A stretch of 58,227 bases of DNA, the filler included, from Nemertoderma westbladi (lineage: Eukaryota; Animalia; Xenacoelomorpha), in assembly GCA_032718475.1 (NCBI GenBank). It is 3 parts of 3 records of this genome, joined end to end, with 100 filler letters (N's around TTAATTAATTAA, not from the genome) between each part and the next. Parts side by side here need not be neighbours in the genome. Positions count along the whole stretch, not along the records: positions 26,997 to 48,807 come from JAUCBJ010006841.1; 2 more parts are not named here. One strand, given 5' to 3'. Below the pieces are notes generated by a model, which had not been told where the DNA came from, ran no database searches, and worked only from the letters and a program-made list of their open reading frames with translations. The first letter of the stretch is position 1; every line of letters starts with the position of its first letter. This document shows positions 37,714-48,907 of this stretch, one piece after another. A program made the position numbers and the translations under genes.

Positions 37714-38319
37714 CTGTATACAATGGAAAATATTGTATAATTATTTATTAATTACATAGTTCATTACAGTAGTAGGGGCCTACTTGTATTATTGTACTTA
37801 ATAATTGACATGGTATGGTGGTGCAAGGCGTTAAAAATAGGAAACCAACTCATTATGAGGAATTAATGCCACATTTGAAGATTTCTAAGGCCAAAAGTCC
37901 GTTTTTTAATGAGGTCTAGAATACATTGCCTCTTGAGGGAGAATAGTGTGTTAGTAGGCCTATGTTGATAAGGTAAATGGAAAGAAGACGTCTCTTACTC
38001 ATCGTGTAAACCAGTTGATGTTGATTTCATTCAATCGCCACCTGGGGTGAACTGCAGCAAGGGAAAAGAAAGGATGCTGTGGCCTACAGCTTTCGAGTGG
38101 CTAGGAGCAGAAGTGGTTGCTGAAGAAGATGTGGAGTCTGATGACTATGTTGAGATTGACAAGGATAATCGGGAGGCGAGGATGGGAGTGAATTTGTCTG
38201 TTTGTGATTATGTTTCTGTGCAGTTTGATATTACTGTCAGTAGTGTTGCTGTTGGTGACATAGTAGGTTATTGTACAATCAATTATATATTAAATATAAT
38301 AATATAAATATTACATATT

Positions 38320-38660
38320 GTGTAATATTTTAAATATAAATATTAAATATTGTATAATACTTTTAAATATAAATATTAAGTATTGTATAATATTTTTAAA
38401 TATAAATATTAAATATTGTATAATATTTTTAAATATAAATATTAAATATTGTATAATATTTTTAAATATAAATATTAAATATTGTATAATATTTTTTATA
38501 TATAAATATGAAATGTTGTGGAATATTTTTTAAATATAAACATTAATTCAATATTGTATAATATTTTTAAAATATAAATATTAAACATTGTATAACATTT
38601 TTTAAATATAAATATTAAACATTTTATATTATTTTTTAAATATAAATATTAAATATAGTA
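38320..38660. repeat. AT-rich 33-bp minisatellite (TTAAATATAAATATTAAATATTGTATAATATTT)n
   Basis: About 9-10 degenerate tandem units. Confidence 0.85.
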
Positions 38661-38865
38661 TAATGTTATATTATTTTAATAGGCATACTGTAGGCATTCA
38701 AGATACCTGATACTGATATTGAAGCAACAGTTTAAAAAACATAAAAAAAAACAATAAAAAACATTGAAAAAAAGTGTTTTTTTAAACCCTAAATGTAACC
38801 CTTCTCTAAACGTCTATTAAAAAATTGAAAGGACAAATAAAAAATTTATCGCTCCATCGACGGTG

Positions 38866-40244
38866 TACGGAGCCCCTAAAGGGACATGGGTTTCCCCTTT
38901 GTTTTTCTAAATCCGGCCCAGAGATACTAAGTCCGGCCCGGCCCGGAGTTACTAAGTCCGGCCCGGAGATACTATCTCAGGGCCGGAGATACTAAGTCTG
39001 GCCCGGAGATACTATCTCAGGCCCGGAGATACTAAGTCCGGTCCGAGATACTATCTCAGGCCGGAGATACTAAGTCTGGCCCGGAGATACTATATCAGGC
39101 CCGGAGATAAAATACAGAACAGGTTCATAGATGTTATAGCGCTGACACAGCAATCAGCAGAAACAAATTGCAGCCAATCAGCTAACTGGGTTAATTCCAG
39201 ATCAATTGCTGTTCTACAAGTACAGACGTCTTGACGGGAACATGGAAATTAAGTTTCACATTTCAATTTGTGAGATATTTAATATGGAGACACAAGAGTA
39301 TTGTTAGCACAATACAAAGTAATTACGTGTCTGGAGGGAGGCATGACCCCGTGCCTTTGAATAAAAGCCGACCTACCGACGGGCATTCACTTAATGATAA
39401 TACCCTTCTACGGCTACAGAAATGAACTACCAATAATAAGAACATTCCATATTATTTGGAGGCAATGGCTGAATAGCCGCGTAAAGTTAAACTGCAACAG
39501 AGGTGTACGTAAACCGAAAAAAATAGGCCATGGTCACTCACAAAGGCATGAATAGATTATATGAGTATTGGCTATCCCATAAACTGAGTATAGTAACTGT
39601 ATGAGATGGCAGAGTATCTCAGGGACTGAGATAGTTTCTCCGGGCTGAGATAGTTCTCCGGGCAGACTTAGTATCTCAGGGCCTGAGATAGATCTCCGGG
39701 CCGGACTTAGTATCTCAGGGCTGAGATAGTATCTCCGGGCCGGACTTAGATCTCGGGCCTGAGATAGTATCTCCGGGCCGGACTTAGTATCTCTGGGCAT
39801 GAGATAGTATCTCCGGGCCGGACTTAGTATCTCCAGGGCTGAGATAGTATCTCCGGGCCGGACTTAGCATCTCTGGGCCTGAGATAGTATCTCCGGGCCG
39901 GACTTAGTATCTCCGGGTCGGACTTAGTATCTCCGGGCCTGAGATAGTACATATCTCCGGGCCGGACTTAGTATCTCCGGGTCGGACTTAGTATCTCCGG
40001 GCCTGAGATACTGTAGTATCTCCGGGCCGGACTTAGTATCTACGGGCTGGACTTAGTATCTCCGGGCCGGACTGAGTATCTCAGGGTCTGAGATAGTACA
40101 TATCTCCGGGCCGGACTTAGTATCTCAGGGCCTGAGATAGTATCTCCGGGCCTGAGATAGTATCTCCGGGCCAGACTTAGTATCTCTGGCCCGGACTTAG
40201 AAAAAAAGGAAAGGGGAAACCCATGTCCCTTTAGGGGCTCCGTA
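38866..40244. mobile_element. Non-autonomous DNA transposon, IS3EU-like, in GRL intron 2
   Basis: TIR TACGGAGCCCCTAAAGGGACATGGGTTTCCCCTTT at both ends, 6-bp TSD ACGGTG (38860-38865, 40245-40250), and inverted arrays of ~20-bp CCGGCCCGGAGATACTAAGT subterminal repeats. Confidence 0.88.
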
Positions 40245-40420
40245 ACGGTGAGTTAAACCAAGTTGTGTTTTCAATTTCAAACGAGATGTGTAGAAAAATT
40301 TGGAGGGGGGGGGGGGGGGGGGGGGTGTAAACAGAAATCACACTGTACTATGAGTCGTGGTGTAGTAATGTTTAGGTAATAATGAACAGTAAGTTTTTAC
40401 AAGAGTTGATGCCTACTTAC

Positions 40421-40575
40421 GAAAATATTGCACGAGGTAACGTTTTCGGTAACGCCAAGTTCTGCATTACAGGTTCAAGTTCATATTCTACTAGCATCCT
40501 GAAACACCTGGTTAAGTAGAGACAGATTGCAACATAGTAAAGAAACGGAAATATCCAAAACATGTCGGTGATGAC
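40421..40575 (-). CDS. GRL gene exon 2: VITDMFWIFPFLYYVAICLYLTRCFRMLVEYELEPVMQNLALPKTLPRAIF(S)
   Basis: TTTCCTTTGCAG acceptor and GTAAGT donor, 155 nt, open frame with a hydrophobic helix. Absent from the ORF track. Confidence 0.88.
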
Positions 40576-41429
40576 CTGCAAAGGAAAGTAATTTTTAATT
40601 ACCAGAACCGAATATTTTATTTATATATTTAATTACCGTATTTAAGCCAAAATAGTCGAAAGCGAACTGCTTACTATTTACTCTGTGTTTACAAAGTAAT
40701 GTACTATCATTCCTATTATAGTGGAAGGGTTTACTGATTACTGAAGATCACCCGTGGTGGTGAACAAACAGGCCGCATTCCTTGGCTTAACAAGCCTAAA
40801 AGATTCTCCCAGTCACAATTCCTAATATACTGTAGGCTAGGCTACAGTAGCAGAAGTGTAGGCCTACACTTGGTACCGGTATATCAGTCATTACAATAGG
40901 AAGAACTACAATCGAGGTAGGGAGGTGCCACTCCAGTCATGCCATGCCAATCTACTGTAGTCTCTGGTCATGGTCATGGATGGTCTGCATCACGCTTAAT
41001 TGAAATCTAAATTGAACTTAGTGGCAAGTTGAAGATTTTCTTGTGGGTGGATGGATCCTCAAGAGCAAATCAATCCCGTATGAGGCAAATTCTTCTCTTT
41101 TCAGATTACATGTTTTCGTTTGGCACACAATTGAATAAAAACCTCTATGGAAACCTAAAACGCCAATAAGTACTTCTGGCCCGCGGGTCACAGGTTGCAA
41201 TTCTTGCAAATAGACATGGATAAACACCTCTTCCATTTGAAATCAATTAATTATATTTATCATAAGAAATTATGTATTGAATTCTATTAGACTAAATGAA
41301 TACAATAAATTACTATCACTTCTACTTCAACAGCGGGCTAATAGTATCAAAGTATGATCGAGTGAAATACATGCCATGGTTACTATTTCGAATGTGGCCT
41401 CTATAATAACCACAATCAATTTAACTTAC

Positions 41430-42122
41430 ATGAACAAATATTGCTGATGTTAAGAGAACATAATATGTTGTTTGATCTGAATCCGATACGTTTGTAAGTT
41501 TCAGTAGAGGTGGAACGAAATCGCCCTGCACGTCGAAAATTACATTTCCAATTAGATCAAAGGTTACAAATGCAGCTCCCAAAAGGGTTAGCTTTAACGA
41601 AGATTTTCGCATTTCGTCAGCCATTTTGATGTAAGAATCACAATCCCTTACGCTAGCAGCAAGGGTGTTGCATTTTGTAAATAATTGCTGCATTTGATTG
41701 CTGCATCTGAAACTGTACATTAAATGAAGAGCAACAATTGTACATTGTAACAGCCACATTGCCAATATTGCCGAGAAAATTCCCCCTTCAAGGTCAAATC
41801 CCTTATAAAGATCTTTTCCAAGACTCATTAGTGCAGTTACTAAGTTTGTTAACAATGCTGTGAGCGTGATTAATATTACCGGTATGTAAATATGTTTTGG
41901 CATTGTAGGGACACCATTCAGTTTGCAGTTTTCCCTGAAAGTCAAACCCAGAAGCTTTAAGGTTTGATTTAAACTGGCAAACATGTAAACTGCATCTTTT
42001 GTTGGAGTGGCTGCAGATTCATCCTGTATGTTCTGTTTATTATCATAAAAACCGTTACAATATTCGTCATTTCCATCAACATTATCTGTAGTTATTTTAT
42101 TTTTCGCTGGTTCGATCTTCAT
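41430..42122 (-). CDS. GRL gene exon 1 (231 codons; polar N-terminus then TM1-3)
   Basis: CCAACATG start, FASLNQTLKLLGL motif before TM1, three hydrophobic helices, ends CAT|GTAAGT. Confidence 0.88.
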
Positions 42123-42451
42123 GTTGGCAAAAAAATTGTGACAGGCTATTTACTATCACAATAGAAGTTCAATTTGAAATTCAGATGAAGAAATTAAACC
42201 AAATCAAGAAATTAGAAAGTAAAGCTGTTTATATTATTATATTGTGTCTAGAAAATAAAACTAGAAAATATATTAATATTAAAAGGATTAAACAAAAATA
42301 TAGAGCAAATAACTAATGATGGAAAAAACTCTAATACTACGGTAGAAAACCGTAATCTGAAGGTATTTCAAAACGTTTTAAGTTCAACTATGCAGAATGC
42401 AGATCCATAGAAAATTTATACATTGCAAAGTAACTGTCAATAACCAGGATA

Positions 42452-45400
42452 GTACTACTACTACTAGGTCGAGCGAACTCGGACAGTGGAAATGAGATCC
42501 TTCCAGGCTTCCCGATTCTCCATAAATGTCGCAATTTCGTTTCTCCCAAGTTCAGTATCCCTTTCAAGTTGATCTATATTTGTTATGGCAGGTCGTCCAC
42601 GACTACGCTTTCCATGAGTTGGTTGCCAGAGAAGTAGATCTGGTATGACCTCGTCTTTACTTCGCCAGCAGTGCCCACTGAATCTTAATCTGCGTTCACG
42701 GAGGGTGGTTGATACAGGTGGTATTGTACCATAAAGCTCGGCGTTTGTCATGTGTTGTCTCCAGCTGAAGTTTAGGGCTGCCCTTAGTAGTCTTGTGTAG
42801 CAACCATCAATTCGTTGTTCAAGTGATTTAGTCAGTGTCCAGGTCTCACCCCCGTATAAAAATACACTTTCCACTGTAGCTCGAAAGAACTTGGTCTTCA
42901 GGTGCCTGGAGAGATCTGATTTCCAGATGGTATCCATTTTTGATAGAGCTACCCAAGCCTTTGCTTTCCTAACTTCTATGTCCTTTTTGCTACTCTCTAT
43001 CCATGATCCAAGGTACTGGAAGTCATCGACCTGCCTTAGTTGATTATTACAATGGTTGTCAAGTTTCCATCAACATTAAAGGTCATGAATTCGGTATTGG
43101 TAGCATTTATATGCAATCCAACCTCCTTAGCAGCCCTCTCCACTTTATTTAGTAGAAGCTGTGCATCTGCTAGCGTATTAGAGAGCAGGGCGATGTCATC
43201 CGCAAAGTCGGTGTCTGTGACTGTAGTTGCCGGATATCTACTACTTCTGCGTTCTTGAAGTGTGAATCCCAGATCTTCACCCTTTGTGGCCGTCCTCATT
43301 GCGTAATCCAGCACAATTACAAATAGTAATGGTGCTAATGTGTCACCTTGCAGTACGCCAGCCAGGATTGAGAAAAACTCAGTTTCACCATCTGGTGAGA
43401 GTACCTGCGCTTCTGTGTCACAATATAGCAATCCAATGCCAGCAACAATTACTTCTGGTATTCCATAAGCTCTTAAGGATTTCAAGCATTTTACCTCTAT
43501 GGATGGAGTCGAATGCCTTCTTGAAGTCCACAAAAGTCATGACTGCGGGGAGATTCTTTGACTTAATTCCTTCAATCAGTCTCCGTAGTGCAAGTATCTG
43601 AGCTATTGTTGATCTACTTGGTCGAAATCCGTTTTGGCTCTTACGCAGTAGTTTCTCTATGTGAGGTCTAATCCTATATAGAATCATTTTATTGTATATT
43701 TTGGCAGCTACCACAAGCAGACAGATCCCACGATAGTTTGTTGGTATGCCGAGGTCTCCTTTCTTGGGGAGAGGCTTTAGTTGACCTTTAGTCCAAATTG
43801 GTGGTGGCTTTTCCCCTTTTAACATCCGGTTGCAAACATTCAATAATGGTCTATTTAGCACTCGGGTTTTCCATACCTCCGCTGGGATTTCATCTAATCC
43901 ACTCGCTTTATTATTGGACATGCTTTTAATGCTTCTTTGGAGTTCGGCAGGTGTGAAGTCCCCTGTTTCTATAGGTAGTGTCTTGTCATATATTTTCCTT
44001 GTAGGGCTGACCTCGATGTTTGGTGGCTGCCCAAGCAAGTTGCTGAAGTGATTTTTCCACTTCCCAACACGTTCTTCAGGACTATCGGCTTTGAGGCGCC
44101 CCTTTGCACAACTTTTCCGACCAGATACCTCATTTACAGTTTGCCAGGTAAGTCTTGATTGTTGCTGTATGTGAGCAGTTGTAATTGCTTCAGTTTTATC
44201 CTGTATGTACTTTTCCTGGCTGATGTTGTAGGCCAATTTAAGATCGTCCTTAGCTTTCTCAACCTTGTTAATGTTTTCGGTTGTTGGTTGTTCGGTTTTA
44301 ACTTTGTAGGCTATCTTAAGATCTTCTCTCTTACAAGTAACCTCAGAGTTTTGCCATGGCACATACTGTTTTCGTTTAGGTTTCTGGGGGATATGCCTCT
44401 TAGCTGATTCCTTGTGGGCTGTTATTATATTCTGGTATATTGAATCGGTGGATTGGTCTTCATCCATTGACTGAAGTGCTTCAAAGCGGTTTTGAACTTC
44501 TACTGTATAAGCATCCTTTACAGCATTGTCAGTTCTGAGTTTCTCCCAGTCATAGTTGATTTGCTTGCTTGTCCTGGGTTTGCTGGCTCTCAAACTGAGT
44601 CTGATCTCTGCAGTCACAATTCTGTGGTCCGAACCAATTAGGTTGAACGAGCTGTATGCCTCGCAGTTGATCATGCTATTTCTCCACTTTTTGTTTATAA
44701 GGATGTAATCCAGTTGTGCTTTGGTTCCATTAGGGTATTGAAAGGTCCATAGCTTCCCCTTACTCTTTTCGAATGTGTTGTTTGTTGGTATCAATTCACA
44801 TTCTTCCATTAGGTCTAAGAGTAAGTACCCATTTCTATTAGAACTGGTGTTATAGGTGTAACCCTTGATGTCTTCTGGGCTAATTTGCGCATTCAGGTCA
44901 CCAGCAATGACTTTAACATTGTGTTTCGGGATGTCCTTAATAAGTCCAGTCAGTTCTTCATAAAACTTGACTGCTTGTTCTGGCTCTGATGTATTGGTTG
45001 GACTGTAGCAACATATAACTGTTGTCTTGGGATTCCCATCAAATGTTGCGATCATAACCCTGGAATTTATAGATTCGATGTTGTTTAGGGTCTTAAGTGC
45101 AAATGGGCTTAGCAGAATTCCTACTCCACCAATTGATGCATTGGCCGAGTTTCTTGCTGCTGAGCTTGTTACTAACGTCCATCAATTTCCAATGTCATTG
45201 TACTTCATGGCAGTGTCTTCATGACAAATCCGATGTTCTTGGATGCAGATGATGTCGATGTTATATTCCATTGCCAGAGCGACCATGTCACCCTGTTTGC
45301 TCTGTGCTTTCAGCGTGCGTGCGTTCATTGTAGCAATCTTTAGTGTCTTTTTACATTTCAACAGGATGGTTCTTCTTTCTTCTCTGTCTTCTGTTCCAGT

Positions 45401-45790
45401 AGCCAATTTATCGACCCCAGCCTGGTGTACCACTGAGGGACGCGGTCCTTGTTGACCCGGGCGACGACCGAGCTGGTATTTCTCCTGGAGGGTTCTCATA
45501 CTAATATCTTTCAGTTGCGGGGGTAAACCGCTTGTGGTCGCAACTCCTACAAGCGTCTTCGCAGTAGGTCGCCGTTGGTTGATTACCTATCGCCGACCTT
45601 GTCAGCATGTCTAGCCGTCGGTTGATTACCTTCCGCCTATCCATGGCCTACAGCCCTGCTGCCGACTGTAGGGGTCCATTTGTTACACCCTGAACCAAGT
45701 GTGCCTCCTGGGTTAGGTTACCTAACACTGGTAGAGGAGCATCCAGTATAGACAGGGCGGGGCTTGTATTATCTCTAATGCAGATGCGTT
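42452..45790 (-). mobile_element. Near-full-length RTE-clade LINE, disabled; (TAG)n 3' tail
   Basis: ATMNARTL, IQEHR, CYSPT, GDLNA, SDH; NYRGI, FVDFKKAFDSI, QGDTLAP, DFADD; RLRFSGHCWR..RGRP. Internal stop at about 45182 and frameshifts at about 43470 and 43040. TAGTAGTAG tail after the final stop codon. Confidence 0.95.
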
Positions 45791-48700
45791 GCCCTTAGTA
45801 GTCTTGTGTAGCAACCATCAATTCGTTGTTCAAGTGATTTAGTCAGTGTCCAGGTCTCACCCCCGTATAAAAATACACTTTCCACTGTAGCTCGAAAGAA
45901 CTTGGTCTTCAGGTGCCTGGAGAGATCTGATTTCCAGATGGTATCCATTTTTGATAGAGCTACCCAAGCCTTTGCTTTCCTAACTTCTATGTCCTTTTTG
46001 CTACTCTCTATCCATGATCCAAGGTACTGGAAGTCATCGACCTGCCTTAGTTGATTATTACAATGGTTGTCAAGTTTCCATCAACATTAAAGGTCATGAA
46101 TTCGGTATTGGTAGCATTTATATGCAATCCAACCTCCTTAGCAGCCCTCTCCACTTTATTTAGTAGAAGCTGTGCATCTGCTAGCGTATTAGAGAGCAGG
46201 GCGATGTCATCCGCAAAGTCGGTGTCTGTGACTGTAGTTGCCGGATATCTACTACTTCTGCGTTCTTGAAGTGTGAATCCCAGATCTTCACCCTTTGTGG
46301 CCGTCCTCATTGCGTAATCCAGCACAATTACAAATAGTAATGGTGCTAATGTGTCACCTTGCAGTACGCCAGCCAGGATTGAGAAAAACTCAGTTTCACC
46401 ATCTGGTGAGAGTACCTGCGCTTCTGTGTCACAATATAGCAATCCAATGCCAGCAACAATTACTTCTGGTATTCCATAAGCTCTTAAGGATTTCAAGCAT
46501 TTTACCTCTATGGATGGAGTCGAATGCCTTCTTGAAGTCCACAAAAGTCATGACTGCGGGGAGATTCTTTGACTTAATTCCTTCAATCAGTCTCCGTAGT
46601 GCAAGTATCTGAGCTATTGTTGATCTACTTGGTCGAAATCCGTTTTGGCTCTTACGCAGTAGTTTCTCTATGTGAGGCCTAATCCTATATAGAATCATTT
46701 TATTGTATATTTTGGCAGCTACCACAAGCAGACAGATCCCACGATAGTTTGTTGGTATGCCGAGGTCTCCTTTCTTGGGGAGAGGCTTTAGTTGACCTTT
46801 AGTCCAAATTGGTGGTGGCTTTTCCCCTTTTAACATCCGGTTGCAAACATTCAATAATGGTCTATTTAGCACTCCGGTTTTCCATACCTCCGCTGGGATT
46901 TCATCTAATCCACTCGCTTTATTATTGGACATGCTTTTAATGCTTCTTTGGAGTTCGGCAGGTGTGAAGTCCCCTGTTTCTATAGGTAGTGTCTTGTCAT
47001 ATATTTTCCTTGTAGGGCTGACCTCGATGTTTGGTGGCTGCCCAAGCAAGTTGCTGAAGTGATTTTTCCACTTCCCAACACGTTCTTCAGGACTATCGGC
47101 TTTGAGGCGCCCCTTTGCACAACTTTTCCGACCAGATACCTCATTTACAGTTTGCCAGGTAAGTCTTGATTGTTGCTGTATGTGAGCAGTTGTAATTGCT
47201 TCAGTTTTATCCTGTATGTACTTTTCCTGGCTGATGTTGTAGGCCAATTTAAGATCGTCCTTAGCTTTCTCAACCTTGTTAATGTTTTCGGTTGTTGGTT
47301 GTTCGGTTTTAACTTTGTAGGCTATCTTAAGATCTTCTCTCTTACAAGTAACCTCAGAGTTTTGCCATGGCACATACTGTTTTCGTTTAGGTTTCTGGGG
47401 GATATGCCTCTTAGCTGATTCCTTGTGGGCTGTTATTATATTCTGGTATATTGAATCGGTGGATTGGTCTTCATCCATTGACTGAAGTGCTTCAAAGCGG
47501 TTTTGAACTTCTACTGTATAAGCATCCTTTACAGCATTGTCAGTTCTGAGTTTCTCCCAGTCATAGTTGATTTGCTTGCTTGTCCTGGGTTTGCTGGCTC
47601 TCAAACTGAGTCTGATCTCTGCAGTCACAATTCTGTGGTCCGAACCAATTAGGTTGAACGAGCTGTATGCCTCGCAGTTGATCATGCTATTTCTCCACTT
47701 TTTGTTTATAAGGATGTAATCCAGTTGTGCTTTGGTTCCATTAGGGTATTGAAAGGTCCATAGCTTCCCCTTACTCTTTTCGAATGTGTTGTTTGTTGGT
47801 ATCAATTCACATTCTTCCATTAGGTCTAAGAGTAAGTACCCATTTCTATTAGAACTGGTGTTATAGGTGTAACCCTTGATGTCTTCTGGGCTAATTTGCG
47901 CATTCAGGTCACCAGCAATGACTTTAACATTGTGTTTCGGGATGTCCTTAATAAGTCCAGTCAGTTCTTCATAAAACTTGACTGCTTGTTCTGGCTCTGA
48001 TGTATTGGTTGGACTGTAGCAACATATAACTGTTGTCTTGGGATTCCCATCAAATGTTGCGATCATAACCCTGGAATTTATAGATTCGATGTTGTTTAGG
48101 GTCTTAAGTGCAAATGGGCTTAGCAGAATTCCTACTCCACCAATTGATGCATTGGCCGAGTTTCTTGCTGCTGAGCTTGTTACTAACGTCCATCAATTTC
48201 CAATGTCATTGTACTTCATGGCAGTGTCTTCATGACAAATCCGATGTTCTTGGATGCAGATGATGTCGATGTTATATTCCATTGCCAGAGCGACCATGTC
48301 ACCCTGTTTGCTCTGTGCTTTCAGCGTGCGTGCGTTCATTGTAGCAATCTTTAGTGTCTTTTTACATTTCAACAGGATGGTTCTTCTTTCTTCTCTGTCT
48401 TCTGTTCCAGTAGCCAATTTATCGACCCCAGCCTGGTGTACCACTGAGGGACGCGGTCCTTGTTGACCCGGGCGACGACCGAGCTGGTATTTCTCCTGGA
48501 GGGTTCTCATACTAATATCTTTCAGTTGCGGGGGTAAACCGCTTGTGGTCGCAACTCCTACAAGCGTCTTCGCAGTAGGTCGCCGTTGGTTGATTACCTA
48601 TCGCCGACCTTGTCAGCATGTCTAGCCGTCGGTTGATTACCTTCCGCCTATCCATGGCCTACAGCCCTGCTGCCGACTGTAGGGGTCCATTTGTTACACC

Positions 48701-48807
48701 CTGAACCAAGTGTGCCTCCTGGGTTAGGTTACCTAACACTGGTAGAGGAGCATCCAGTATAGACAGGGCGGGGCTTGTATTATCTCTAATGCAGATGCGT
48801 ATCAAGC
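45791..48807 (-). mobile_element. Tandem 3011-bp duplicate of the same RTE LINE (42780-45790), lacking the 3' ~330 bp
   Basis: All ORF coordinates are offset by exactly 3011 and the lesions are the same. Two substitutions noticed (KTRVL/KTGVL; GAGGTCTA/GAGGCCTA). Confidence 0.95.
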
Positions 48808-48907
48808 NNNNNNNNNNNNNNNNNNNNNNNNNNNNNNNNNNNNNNNNNNNNTTAATTAATTAANNNNNNNNNNNNNNNNNNNNNNNNNNNNNNNNNNNNN
48901 NNNNNNN
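48808..48907. other. Artificial contig spacer
   Basis: N-run + TTAATTAATTAA + N-run. Confidence 0.97.

Noticed and set aside
38318-38533. 71-aa NINIKYCIIFL repeat ORF
   Set aside because: Translation of the AT-rich 33-bp minisatellite.
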